DNA of 64,000 nt from Spirochaetota bacterium (GCA_043803405.1 JAZDKB010000013.1:24658-88657); one strand, 5' to 3'; shown: positions 18,347 to 28,192, numbered from the stretch's first letter. Program-made: numbers and translations. The notes: generated by a model from the letters alone, not told the origin.

Positions 18347-19729
18347 ATGAGCGAAATGATTCAAGCGCTGGAGAATGTTGTAGGGAAACAGTTCGTCTCA
18401 AATCAGGCGGAAGAACTATACTTCTACGGGCGTGACTCCGGATTAATGCCGGCACATAAACCGGATTGTGTTGTGCTGCCAGGGACAGTAGAAGAAATAC
18501 AGAAAATCGTAAAATTCGCAAATGAGAATAAGGTGCCCATAGTACCGGTCGGTGCAGGCATGTCTCTGACCGGACTTTGCATTCCGCTCAAAGGCGGCAT
18601 TGTCCTGGATATGAAGAGGATGAACCGCATACTGGAGGTTCAGGAAAGGGCCCGTTACGCGGTCGTGGAAGGCGGCACTTCCACAGGGAAGCTGAAAGCT
18701 TATCTGGATGACAATCATCCCAGGCTGCGTTACAGCATTCCGGATTCCCCTGCCACATCGACCATTGCCGCCAATGTGATGATACACGGACAGGGACGCC
18801 TCACCCAGCAGTACGGTTTTAATTCAGATATGGTCTCCGGCCTTGAAGTGGTACTGCCGAACGGAGAGATATGCCCCATTGGGTCCAATGCCCTGTCACA
18901 GTACTGGTTTACCAAAGGAGCGCCTATTCCCGACCTTTCCGGATTGTTCCTGGGCTGGTTCGGCACAACCGGGATCATCACTAAAGTAGGCATTAAACTT
19001 TACCCCAGAAAAAAAATGCGTGATGTGGAGATTTTCATAACAGACAGCCCGGACTTTATTCCGGATATCATTTATGAAATCACGCATACGGAGATGACGG
19101 AAGACATCAATATTTTTGCCCAGCCGCTTCCTGTAATTTTTAAAGGTAATCATCATATTGTTATATATTTTACAGGGGATACGGACGAGGAACTGGAATT
19201 CAAGAAAAAAACGGTCTTCCATGCACTGGATCCTTTCATCCGGAACAAGGATGGAGGATTTATGTCAGTAGCAGCCGGAATGAAAACAACGCTTCTTGAT
19301 ATGCCCCAGCAAAGCGCCAGCACTTTTGCGGATGTAACCAAGGGCGGCGGATTTGAGTATTCCGGCCCCATTATCCTGGTTGAAAAATATCCCCAGTGCT
19401 CCCGGAAGCTGGATGAACTGGCAGAAAAGCACGACCTGAAATACCATGCTACTGCCCGGATCATAGGACGCGGACATGCAATGATGTTCGCCTTTTCATT
19501 TACATTTAACCGTGCTGACAGCGATATGATGAAAAGGGCGGCTGCAGCAGTTCACGAAGCAAGCCGGTATGCACTGGACGCAGGGGGTGTTTTCTGGAAG
19601 CCCACTGTTGATGAACAGAAGATTTTACTCGATAAGATGAATCCTCAAACGCGTCGTCTTATGCAGATCATCAAAAAAAACCTGGATCCGGAGGGCATCA
19701 TGAACCCCGGCAACTGGGAGGTCGGTTAA
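18347..19729 (+). CDS. FAD-binding oxidoreductase (GlcD/D-lactate dehydrogenase family)
   Basis: PDCVVLP, GIVLDMKRMNRI, GLEVVLPNG, LDPEGIMNPG. Confidence 0.9.
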   Translation: MSEMIQALENVVGKQFVSNQAEELYFYGRDSGLMPAHKPDCVVLPGTVEEIQKIVKFANENKVPIVPVGAGMSLTGLCIPLKGGIVLDMKRMNRILEVQERARYAVVEGGTSTGKLKAYLDDNHPRLRYSIPDSPATSTIAANVMIHGQGRLTQQYGFNSDMVSGLEVVLPNGEICPIGSNALSQYWFTKGAPIPDLSGLFLGWFGTTGIITKVGIKLYPRKKMRDVEIFITDSPDFIPDIIYEITHTEMTEDINIFAQPLPVIFKGNHHIVIYFTGDTDEELEFKKKTVFHALDPFIRNKDGGFMSVAAGMKTTLLDMPQQSASTFADVTKGGGFEYSGPIILVEKYPQCSRKLDELAEKHDLKYHATARIIGRGHAMMFAFSFTFNRADSDMMKRAAAAVHEASRYALDAGGVFWKPTVDEQKILLDKMNPQTRRLMQIIKKNLDPEGIMNPGNWEVG

Positions 19730-20887
19730 ATGAAATACGAGGAAATACTCCACCGCTGTTTCCGCTGCGGCTGGTGTAAATTTACAAGCGACTATTCGGA
19801 ATTCAACTGCCCTTCGTACAGAAAATACCGGTTTGATACTTTCGCCCCGGGCGGAAGAATGTGGCTTATTCGTGCATGGCTGAACGGCGACATAAAGAAC
19901 AGTGAGCGTTTTCAGGAGATCATATTTTCCTGCGCAACCTGCGGAAGCTGCACAGTGCACTGCGCCTTTCCGTTTAAAGAAGATCTTGTCAACATCTTTA
20001 CAGCGGCAAGGGAGGAAATAGTCAACCAGGGGCATATCCCTGCTCTGGTAAAAAGTTATTTTGAAAATGTTTACAGGCACGGCAATCCCTACAAGGAGCC
20101 TGCGAATGAAAGGGGAGCCTGGGCAAAGGATACGCCTGTTGAGGCTTACAAGGGACAGGAATATCTTTTTTATACAGGCTGTGTCGGTTCCTATGACGAG
20201 CGCGGGAAAAAGATCGCGCAGGCTGTCGGCACAGTCCTTGTTAATGCAGGGGTCTCTATGGGAATACTCGGAGAACGGGAAATGTGCGACGGCAATGAGG
20301 TGAGAGTTCTCGGTGAAATTGGGCTCTTTAAATACCTGGCCGAAAAGAACATCAATCTTTTCGGGGAACTGGGGATAAAGAAGATCATTACCCTTGATCC
20401 CCATGCCTTTTATGCTTTCAAGAAAGAATACCCCGAACTTGGCGGAAAATTCAAGGTCTATCATTACACACAGATACTTGCCTCACTTATAGACTCCGGG
20501 AAGCTGGCTTTTATAAAGCCTTATAATGTCAAGATAACCTATCATGATCCGTGCTATCTTGGACGCCACAGCAGCGAGTTTGAAGCGCCGAGGAAGATCC
20601 TGCGCGCAATACCAGGACTTGAACTGATTGAGATGAAGCAGTCTCGGGAGAACGCTTTCTGCTGCGGCGGAGGCGGGGGGAACTTCTTCACCGATATACT
20701 CGGCGGAGGGCAGGACAGCCCCAACCGTATCCGGATAAGAGAGGCATTTGAAACCGGCGCCGGCATTGTGGCAGTAGCCTGTCCACAGTGCGCCAAGATG
20801 CTGGATGACGGGATCAAATCCGAAGATCTGGATGAGAAACTGCAGGTCATGGACATCGCGGAAATCGTACTAAAGGCAACGGCATAG
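19730..20887 (+). CDS. GlcF/HdrD-like Fe-S subunit (ferredoxin motifs plus two CCG domains)
   Basis: CFRCGWC, CATCGSC..HC, YHDPCYLGR, CCGGGGG, ACPQC. Confidence 0.9.
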   Translation: MKYEEILHRCFRCGWCKFTSDYSEFNCPSYRKYRFDTFAPGGRMWLIRAWLNGDIKNSERFQEIIFSCATCGSCTVHCAFPFKEDLVNIFTAAREEIVNQGHIPALVKSYFENVYRHGNPYKEPANERGAWAKDTPVEAYKGQEYLFYTGCVGSYDERGKKIAQAVGTVLVNAGVSMGILGEREMCDGNEVRVLGEIGLFKYLAEKNINLFGELGIKKIITLDPHAFYAFKKEYPELGGKFKVYHYTQILASLIDSGKLAFIKPYNVKITYHDPCYLGRHSSEFEAPRKILRAIPGLELIEMKQSRENAFCCGGGGGNFFTDILGGGQDSPNRIRIREAFETGAGIVAVACPQCAKMLDDGIKSEDLDEKLQVMDIAEIVLKATA

Positions 20888-21263
20888 AGACAACGGATTT
20901 TATATTATAGCGTAAAATGTTAGAAAAATTAAAAAAACAATATTTGCTATATTTACAAATAATTTCGATATGATTATTATTTTAATGAACGTTATAGCCA
21001 GAAGTTCTAATAATTTTTTACTTTAATTATATTTATTAATACTTACTCAGGTTGACTGACTTTTTAAACAAACTACATAGACGAACCGATAAAATAAAAG
21101 TCAGCCAAGATGAGCACTTATGTAACGATTTAAAATTATAATTGACCTATTGGCTATGATACAGAATTTATCAGGAGCAATTGTATCATACTATTTGATG
21201 TGAATAATCAGTTGTCCGGCCGGCACGTGAGGGCATTAAATCAACAGGAGAGTAAGCAAGAAT

Positions 21264-22412
21264 ATGAAAAATGATCCGTTAACACCTTATGGGAATAAAC
21301 CCATGGTTACTCCGATTGTTTCCGCTGTAAATTATCAATATACATCATTTGAAGTGTTGCGCCAGATTACAGACGGAGAGATAGACGGCTATACATATCA
21401 TCGCGATGATAATCCTACTGTACGCACTGTGGAAAGAAAAATCGCCTTACTGGAAGAAGCTGAGGACTGCGTAATATGTACTACAGGAATGGCAGCCGCT
21501 ACCATGACATTCCTTACTTATTTAAAACAGGGTGATCATCTTCTTACGTTTCATGATATTTACGGGGCAAACTATAAAGTATCTTTAATCCTTGAAAAAT
21601 TCGGCGTGGAAATAACATGGCTTGATGCATTGGATTATAAAAAAGTTCAGGAAAATATAAAAGAAAACACAAGAATGATATTTTGTGAAACTCCAAGCAA
21701 CCCCCTGATAAAGGTAATTGATATTAAATATCTTCGGGAACAGGCTGAACGCAATAATATTATGCTTGTGGTAGATAATACATTTGCCACTCCTTATCAT
21801 CAAAAGCCGTTGAAAATGGGAGTTGATCTTGTAATTCACAGCGCCACGAAAGGGCTGGGAGGTCACAATGATCTGATGGCTGGAGCCATTGCATGTGCAA
21901 CAAAAGAACAGTATGACAAATTATGGTTTACCAGACAGGCTATTGGAACAACTCTTGATGCTTTTTCCGCTTCACTTCTTGAAAGAGGCTTAAAAACCTT
22001 TGAGATCCGTGCACAAAAAATGTCTGAAAACGCTTTACAAATAGCGTCCTTTTTAAAAGATCACCCAAAAATAACGAAAGTTTATTACCCGGGCCTTGAA
22101 ACTGACATAGGTCATGAAACAGCTAAAAAACAGATGAAAAACGGCTTCGGTGGCATGCTCGCTTTTGATGTAGGCGACACGCAGGATCACGCCAAAAAAT
22201 TTGTTGAAAGCCTGAAAAGCATTATTCACGCAGTAAGCCTCGGGTGCACAGAAAGTCTTGTATGTCTGCCTGTACTTACTACCATGCTTTACATGCCGCC
22301 TGAGCGCAGGACAACCTTCGGAGTAAAACCAAATACAGTCAGAATGTCTGCAGGAATAGAAAATATTCAGATCATTTTAAATGACCTGGAGCAGGCATTA
22401 AAAAATGTATAG
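21264..22412 (+). CDS. PLP-dependent Cys/Met metabolism enzyme (cystathionine gamma-synthase/lyase, methionine gamma-lyase family)
   Basis: YHRDDNPT, ETPSNP, DNTFATP, HSATK, AVSLG. Confidence 0.9.
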   Translation: MKNDPLTPYGNKPMVTPIVSAVNYQYTSFEVLRQITDGEIDGYTYHRDDNPTVRTVERKIALLEEAEDCVICTTGMAAATMTFLTYLKQGDHLLTFHDIYGANYKVSLILEKFGVEITWLDALDYKKVQENIKENTRMIFCETPSNPLIKVIDIKYLREQAERNNIMLVVDNTFATPYHQKPLKMGVDLVIHSATKGLGGHNDLMAGAIACATKEQYDKLWFTRQAIGTTLDAFSASLLERGLKTFEIRAQKMSENALQIASFLKDHPKITKVYYPGLETDIGHETAKKQMKNGFGGMLAFDVGDTQDHAKKFVESLKSIIHAVSLGCTESLVCLPVLTTMLYMPPERRTTFGVKPNTVRMSAGIENIQIILNDLEQALKNV

Positions 22413-22458
22413 AAAGTTGTATTCTTATAGTATTTTTTCCAATTTTTTAATATGAGTA

Positions 22459-22507
22459 TTGACAAAAGGCAAATACGGCATTATATTGATAATGGAAATC
22501 ATTTTCA
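22459..22507 (+). promoter_or_regulatory. Sigma-70 promoter with overlapping Fur box
   Basis: TTGACA-17-TATATT followed by TGATAATG-GAAAT-CATTTTCA. Confidence 0.75.
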
Positions 22508-22561
22508 TTTAAAGTTTTTAATTTTATAAAAATGAAAGTTTTAAACAGGAGGATTTTAAAA

Positions 22562-23032
22562 TTGCGGGGACGCGGACGAGGGCCATGGTGGCATAATAAA
22601 TTTCAGGAATATGGCTGGAGAATAACTCCAGGCAGGGAAATCATCATGGATGTTCTTCACAATACGAAAGAGCATATAAACGTGGCTGATATTTATATAA
22701 AAGCCCATGCAATAAATCCCGCAATCGGACTTACTACTGTTTACCGGACACTCGAAATGCTGGAAAAAACCGGGCTTGTACAAAAATTCGATTTCGGAGA
22801 CGGGATGGCCAGGTATGAGCTTATCAATAACCCGGGTGCCAAGGATCATCACCATCATCTTATCTGCATGACTTGTAAAAGAATAATTGATTATACTGAA
22901 TTCATTAATGATGAGGTTGACTTTATCGAAAAGACTCAAGGAAAACTTTCTAAGAAATATAATTTTAAAATAACGGGGCATATGATCAATTTTTACGGAT
23001 TATGCGAACAATGCAGTAAGACAACAGCTTAG
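22562..23032 (+). CDS. fur: Fur family transcriptional regulator
   Basis: IGLTTVYRTL, HHHHLICMTC, GLCEQC; TTG start after AGGAGG (ORF track start 22532). Confidence 0.9.
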   Translation: MRGRGRGPWWHNKFQEYGWRITPGREIIMDVLHNTKEHINVADIYIKAHAINPAIGLTTVYRTLEMLEKTGLVQKFDFGDGMARYELINNPGAKDHHHHLICMTCKRIIDYTEFINDEVDFIEKTQGKLSKKYNFKITGHMINFYGLCEQCSKTTA

Positions 23033-23057
23033 CTCTAAAATTTTTTTAGCTTTTCAT

Positions 23058-23078
23058 TGAAAATGGTTTTCATTTGCA
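23058..23078. promoter_or_regulatory. Fur box
   Basis: TGAAAATG-GTTTT-CATTTGCA upstream of the DUF5320 gene. Confidence 0.65.
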
Positions 23079-23105
23079 AAATTTGTTAAAATAAGGAGGC
23101 AAATT

Positions 23106-23501
23106 ATGCCAGCAGGAAACGGAACAGGCCCCAGAGGACTAGGCCCAATTACAGGACGCGGCACAGGCTACTGTGCAGGATATTCGGCACCCGGATATGC
23201 CAATCCCGTAACAGGCGGAGGTTTTTATGGACGCGGCAGAGGCCGCGGAGGAGGCGGCGGCAGAGGCTGGAGAAACCAGTATTATGCTACAGGCCAGCCA
23301 AATTGGGCGCGCGGTGGCTACAGGCCATATCAGGAAACGTATGGATATGACCATGGATATCCAGCACCCGAGTTGACAAGAGAAGCAGAGGCAAAGATTC
23401 TTAAAGAACAAGCTGAGTTTATGCAAAAGGAAATCTCTGCAATACAAGACAGAATAAAAGAACTTGGAAATATTGCTTCAGTTCAAAAAGACAAATCCTG
23501 A
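23106..23501 (+). CDS. DUF5320 family Gly/Arg-rich protein with C-terminal coiled coil
   Basis: MPAGNGTGPRGLGPITGRGTGYCAG signature. Confidence 0.88.
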   Translation: MPAGNGTGPRGLGPITGRGTGYCAGYSAPGYANPVTGGGFYGRGRGRGGGGGRGWRNQYYATGQPNWARGGYRPYQETYGYDHGYPAPELTREAEAKILKEQAEFMQKEISAIQDRIKELGNIASVQKDKS

Positions 23502-23521
23502 ACACAAGGCAAGATTTAAAA

Positions 23522-23559
23522 CTGAATCAGCTCTGCAATTGATATCGAAGCTGATTCAG
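23522..23559 (+). terminator. Stem-loop after the DUF5320 gene, probable terminator
   Basis: CTGAATCAGCT...AGCTGATTCAG 11-bp inverted repeat followed by A/T run. Confidence 0.5.
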
Positions 23560-23587
23560 AATATTTTTAATAATTTATTTAAAAAAA

Positions 23588-23812
23588 ATGATAAGGCTTG
23601 CAGACAGACAGATTGTCATCTCAGATTTTAACCTGAAAGGTTTTCAGACTGTCGAAAAAGTACAAAACCATGAAGGGAAAACACACAAAATATTATCAGG
23701 CGATTTTGATATTGTGGGTATTTATCTTAAAGAGTTTAACTTTCATGTAAATGTTTTTGAGTATGAACATCAAAAAATATATTCAGCCATAAGAAATTGT
23801 TCCGTAAAGTAA
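23588..23812 (+). pseudogene. Probable C-terminal remnant of a SAM methyltransferase
   Basis: MIRL...IVISDFN resembles the post-motif-III region; no motif I or RBS. Confidence 0.4.
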
Positions 23813-23895
23813 ATTTGTATTCATTATTATTTTAGAATTGCTTAATCTGATCATGAAAGGTTTTAGCATTTTTATAAAAATGCAAATAATTTTAG

Positions 23896-24573
23896 GTGAC
23901 CTCTGCAATGGACCTTAAAATAGTCCAATCGGGACTTATCGAGATAACAAAGGAGGAGGGGGTTAAAGATAGCAGGCCGTCTTCCTCCCTGATTATTACC
24001 AATGGATGTAATGTATTGATCGATACCGAGCATCCGAAAGAGGATGGCGTAGAGTTCGAACAAGCCCTTCTTCGGACAGGTTTATCTTTTGATGATGTCG
24101 ATTACATTATCTTTACCCATCTGCATCCTGATCACATGGGTCATAAAGACAAGTTCAGGAATGCAGTGTTCATCTTCCAGGGTTCTGAGCGATTTACTTT
24201 CTATTTCAAGAACGATAAGAAACTTGTCTTGAATGGATCCTGCCTGCTTCGTTTTAAAAAAAGCTGCGAACCTGTAGTTAAATATACATCCGATATTCCG
24301 GATTTGGCATTACTTGATGATAAACTATATATTCATCTGATACCTGGTCATACCATGGGATCAATTGTAATATTCGCTTCCATTAACAAGAAAGTTCATG
24401 CTTTTGCAGGTGATGCTTTTCTTAATAAGGATTATTTTGAAAGAATGGAACCGCCAGGATCTTCCTGGGATCCATCCAGGATTCCTGAACAACTGCTTTT
24501 CATTAAAGAAAATGCGGATGTAATAATTCCAGGCCATGGCGAATTAATAACTATTGACCGATTAAAGAATTGA
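23896..24573 (+). CDS. MBL-fold metallo-hydrolase
   Basis: THLHPDHMG, PGHT, AGDA, IPGHG. Confidence 0.88.
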   Translation: MTSAMDLKIVQSGLIEITKEEGVKDSRPSSSLIITNGCNVLIDTEHPKEDGVEFEQALLRTGLSFDDVDYIIFTHLHPDHMGHKDKFRNAVFIFQGSERFTFYFKNDKKLVLNGSCLLRFKKSCEPVVKYTSDIPDLALLDDKLYIHLIPGHTMGSIVIFASINKKVHAFAGDAFLNKDYFERMEPPGSSWDPSRIPEQLLFIKENADVIIPGHGELITIDRLKN

Positions 24574-24636
24574 TAGCATAATTGATACTTTCAAGTTAAT
24601 TGAAATAATCCCTGATTTTTTAAAGAAGGAGATGAC

Positions 24637-25083
24637 ATGGGGGCAAAAACAAAAATTGGTATAATAATCTGTGACCGTTACCGCAGGTGTGCAGGCGGAA
24701 AATGCTTCAGATCATTAATGAACAGAGAAGGTGCCTTTAACCGGTACAGGGATATGGAAGTTGAAGTCGTTGGGTATACTAGTTGCGACGGTTGTCCCGG
24801 CGGTAATGTTGAATATGCTGTGGAGGAAATGAAGGGAAACGGAGCGGAGTCGATACATCTTGCTACCGGGCTGGTTGTGGGATATCCTCCATGTCCTTAT
24901 ATCACAAACTTTCATGACTTTATCAAAACAAAGTATGAACTCGAAGTCGTTTATGGCACTCATCCCATACCTCAAAAATACCTGAATATGCACAACAAGT
25001 TGGGCACATGGGATAATCCTGAGTGGAAAAAAATTATTCAACCGACATTTGCGGATGAGGAAACTCGTGTATCTTATGATTAG
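24637..25083 (+). CDS. CGGC domain protein
   Basis: IIICDRY..CAGGKC, CDGCPG, YPPCP, GTH. Confidence 0.88.
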   Translation: MGAKTKIGIIICDRYRRCAGGKCFRSLMNREGAFNRYRDMEVEVVGYTSCDGCPGGNVEYAVEEMKGNGAESIHLATGLVVGYPPCPYITNFHDFIKTKYELEVVYGTHPIPQKYLNMHNKLGTWDNPEWKKIIQPTFADEETRVSYD

Positions 25084-25117
25084 CAAATAAATAATAACTG
25101 CATTAAAAATAAAGTAT

Positions 25118-25582
25118 ATGGAAAATCAGAAAAAACTATATTTCGAAGACGACATCCGCATCATGCGGATTGCCGAAGAATCCCGTTTGCCCGGCAAAAA
25201 CAGGGTGGAAGAAATAAAAAACTATGCGCGTTTTTCAGGCATTAAACGCATTGGTATTGCAAATTGTATAAGCTTGCAAAAAGAAGCAAACAAGCTTAAA
25301 CAGGCTCTCGAAGAGGAATTTGAAGTATTTGCTGTCGATTGTAAAATCGGTAAAATCCCATCAGCAGAACTTTTAAACAATCAATCCAGAGGTTTCTCAT
25401 GCAATCCTGCAGGGCAGGCTGATTATCTCGCACAAAACAATACAGAACTAAATATTTTATTTGGACTTTGCATGGGACACGATATTGTTTTCAACAAGAA
25501 GTCCAAAGCCCCTGTAACTACTCTTATTGTAAAGGATAGAGAACATAAACATAATCCCTACAAGGAATTTGAAGATAATTAA
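25118..25582 (+). CDS. DUF1847 domain protein
   Basis: RVEEI, IGIANC, CKIG, CNPAGQA, GLCMGHD, VKDR. Confidence 0.88.
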   Translation: MENQKKLYFEDDIRIMRIAEESRLPGKNRVEEIKNYARFSGIKRIGIANCISLQKEANKLKQALEEEFEVFAVDCKIGKIPSAELLNNQSRGFSCNPAGQADYLAQNNTELNILFGLCMGHDIVFNKKSKAPVTTLIVKDREHKHNPYKEFEDN

Positions 25583-25587
25583 TATTT

Positions 25588-26451
25588 ATGAAATTAAAGC
25601 TAGATTGCGTACCATGCCTTATCCGTCATTCAATCGAAGCTGCACGGTTTATTTCCAATGACGAATCTTTTCAAAAGTTAATTCTTGACAGCGTGTTGAG
25701 TACGCTGTTGAATACAGACCTTTCAAAATCACCGCCTGCTCTGGCTAAACTGATACACAGAAAAATCAGGGAAATATCCGGAATTGCTGATCCATATAAA
25801 AAGGCAAAAGAAGGATTTAATGCCCTCGCATCGTCGCTCATGAATGAACTTGCTGTGCAGATAAACCGGTCTCACGATCCCCTCGCTTCTGCCGTAAAAC
25901 TGGCAATAGCAGGGAATATCATTGACAGCGGAGCCAAGACAGGGCTTTCGGAAAAAGAAATAAAAGATACGGTAAATAGCGTTTTTACTGAAACTGTTAT
26001 GGGCGATATTGATGAATTCAGTAAAAACGCGCTTAAAGCTAAAGATATTTTATTTCTGGCGGATAATGCCGGAGAGATTTTTTTTGACCGTCTGCTTATT
26101 GAGAAGCTGGGCCATCCGAATATAACGCTTGCTGTACGGGGAAATCCGGTGATAAACGATGCGACCATGGAGGACGCGGCAGCAGCGGGACTGGATAAAG
26201 CAGTAAAAGTTATAGAAAACGGATCTGATGCGCCAGGCACAATTGTTGAAGAATGCAGCGACGAGTTCCGCAGATATTTTGCAGAAGCGGACATGGTGAT
26301 ATCAAAGGGACAGGGAAATTACGAAACTCTTTGCGATGAGAAAAAAAATATTTATTTTTTGCTCAAGATCAAGTGCCCGGTAATTGCGGAACATACCGGA
26401 TTTCCTGTAGGTTCCGGCGCAGTAATCCGGTCAGCACAATATTCAATTTAA
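25588..26451 (+). CDS. DUF89/ARMT1-like damage-control phosphatase
   Basis: [34 protein letters not shown]. Confidence 0.9.
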   Translation: MKLKLDCVPCLIRHSIEAARFISNDESFQKLILDSVLSTLLNTDLSKSPPALAKLIHRKIREISGIADPYKKAKEGFNALASSLMNELAVQINRSHDPLASAVKLAIAGNIIDSGAKTGLSEKEIKDTVNSVFTETVMGDIDEFSKNALKAKDILFLADNAGEIFFDRLLIEKLGHPNITLAVRGNPVINDATMEDAAAAGLDKAVKVIENGSDAPGTIVEECSDEFRRYFAEADMVISKGQGNYETLCDEKKNIYFLLKIKCPVIAEHTGFPVGSGAVIRSAQYSI

Positions 26452-26473
26452 TCATTATGAGGAATATTATAAT

Positions 26474-27040
26474 ATGTCAACTAACGCATTCGAATATTAT
26501 AATCTTTTAAATGTGGCAAAAGATGCATCTGCTGAAGAGATTAAAAAAGCATTCAGAGCTCTTGCGCATAAATTCCATCCGGATAAAAACAGCAATAAAG
26601 ATGCTGAAGAAAAATTTAAGGAGATCAGCAAAGCCTACGAAGTGCTAATAAATCCTGAGACAAGATCATTGTATGACAGAACAGGAATAGATGATTACAA
26701 TAAATTCAGGAATAGTGAGTTTGGCGGAAATCCTTTCGCGAATTTTAACGGTTTTCATGGCCGCGGAATGGGCTGCGGATTTGGAAGAGGATGCGGCTTC
26801 AGAAATTTCCATAATAACCGGATGGGTAACTTTTTTAAAAATGAGATTGCAGTACATAATATTTCAATTAGTGCAGAAGAAGCAAGTAAGGGTATTGAAA
26901 TATCCGTAAAACCCGGCAATACCTATTTGGATAAAGCGGTTAATATTAAATTGCCTGGCGGGATACAAGACGGGGCTGTCATAAGATGCATTGATCAAAA
27001 TTATGAAAACGAATTTTATATAAAAATAAATTATACTTAA
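26474..27040 (+). CDS. Short DnaJ-domain protein
   Basis: J domain with HPD, G/F region containing GCG..GCG, partial C-terminal domain, no Zn finger. Confidence 0.85.
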   Translation: MSTNAFEYYNLLNVAKDASAEEIKKAFRALAHKFHPDKNSNKDAEEKFKEISKAYEVLINPETRSLYDRTGIDDYNKFRNSEFGGNPFANFNGFHGRGMGCGFGRGCGFRNFHNNRMGNFFKNEIAVHNISISAEEASKGIEISVKPGNTYLDKAVNIKLPGGIQDGAVIRCIDQNYENEFYIKINYT

Positions 27041-27060
27041 ATAAAACTTCTTTTTGGAAC

Positions 27061-27393
27061 ATGTTGATGGGAAAACATTTTGACTTATTATCGAATGTTG
27101 TTTACGGTCCTGTCCCGTCCCGCCGGCTTGGCCGGAGCCTCGGCATTAATAATATTCCCCCGAAATACTGCACGTATTCCTGTGTATATTGCCAGCTCGG
27201 GAAAAAAAAATTGGTATAAACAGACAGTTTTTTTATAATCCGGTTTTTCTGCTAAAAGAAACTGAAAAACGAATAGCTGAAATTTAAAGAAAACGACGAT
27301 ATGCGTGAAGATAGTTTGAGATCATATTTTTCCAAGGCTGAATCAAACTGGGAAGTTATCAAAAAATTATCCGATACGCTCCAAAATATATAG
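27061..27393 (+). pseudogene. Radical SAM protein, frameshifted and internally deleted
   Basis: [33 protein letters not shown], frameshift at an A9 run, remnant tail MREDSL..NWEVIKKL. Confidence 0.85.
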
Positions 27394-27569
27394 ATTCTTC
27401 GGATGGTGGTTTATTTTTGCAGGAGGAATTACTATTTTCAGCGTTTGCCCTATATGCGGGCAAACGGGCTGCCCGATAGGGCACGACAGGGATTTTCGCA
27501 TGTATGCTGTCTTTGCTTAAAACAGGAGGTAAACATTATTTTAATGCTATAAAGAGATTATTTAAATAA
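27365..27569 (+). pseudogene. Remnant of a small membrane protein with CxxC-x4-C
   Basis: FFGWWFIFAGGITIFSVCPICGQTGCPIG; no start codon; apparent frameshift. Confidence 0.45.
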
Positions 27570-27672
27570 ACAGAAGAATAATTCAACAATGTGCTTTATA
27601 TTCATAGTTGTTTAAAATGATTATAAATTTAAATTTTGCTAATTAAAAAAATACTTATCAAAGGTTTTAAAA

Positions 27673-28035
27673 ATGAATAATAATACAGTTAAAAATCTCC
27701 CGGTAAATATGGGACGAATGAATGATCCTGACGGAGCGGCTTCCATAACCGGATTATGCGGGGATACAATGGAGATGTATCTAATCATAAATAATAATAA
27801 AATTTCCGAATCCTGGTTTTTTACAAACGGCTGCGCTTCATCAATAGCAGCCGGTTCTGCCACTGCTGAATTGGCGAAAGGCAAAGAAATTAATGAGGCG
27901 CTGAGTATTTCCCCGGCAGACATTATCAACCAACTTAAAAACAACCCGGTATTTGAGATTCACTGTGCAATTCTGGCTGTGATGACTCTGGATAAAGCTA
28001 TTGCTGATTATATTTTACGCATGGAAAGAATGTAA
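27673..28035 (+). CDS. NifU/IscU-like Fe-S scaffold protein
   Basis: GLCGDTMEMYL, TNGC, HCAILA. Confidence 0.88.
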   Translation: MNNNTVKNLPVNMGRMNDPDGAASITGLCGDTMEMYLIINNNKISESWFFTNGCASSIAAGSATAELAKGKEINEALSISPADIINQLKNNPVFEIHCAILAVMTLDKAIADYILRMERM

Positions 28036-28192
28036 CCCGTCAGTGCGTTTTTTACGCATCCGGCAACTGAAATATTTAATGAAAAAATTTTAAAAATTCA
28101 GCTATATAAGGCCATTGCAATTTATAGATTATCTTTTACGTAAAAACAATCATTTGTTTATGGATAATATCGCAATTATAATTTTATCCTGT

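Noticed and set aside
19625..20464. Long antisense ORFs (279 aa here; also 28902-29528, 40124-40750, 43265-43966, 62640-63350 and many shorter)
   Set aside because: They overlap well-supported genes on the opposite strand and show no motifs; treated as shadow ORFs
21221..21236. Sigma-54 promoter CGGCACGTGAGGGCAT
   Set aside because: Spacing is GG-N9-GC rather than N10
21168..21260. SAM-I riboswitch (TTATCAGGAG resembles the P1 start)
   Set aside because: No GCAACC, GTGC or closing GAT(G/A)A elements and no terminator found
27201..27210. Phase-variable poly-A switch in the radical SAM gene
   Set aside because: Restoring the frame still meets a stop near 27285 and most of the gene is deleted
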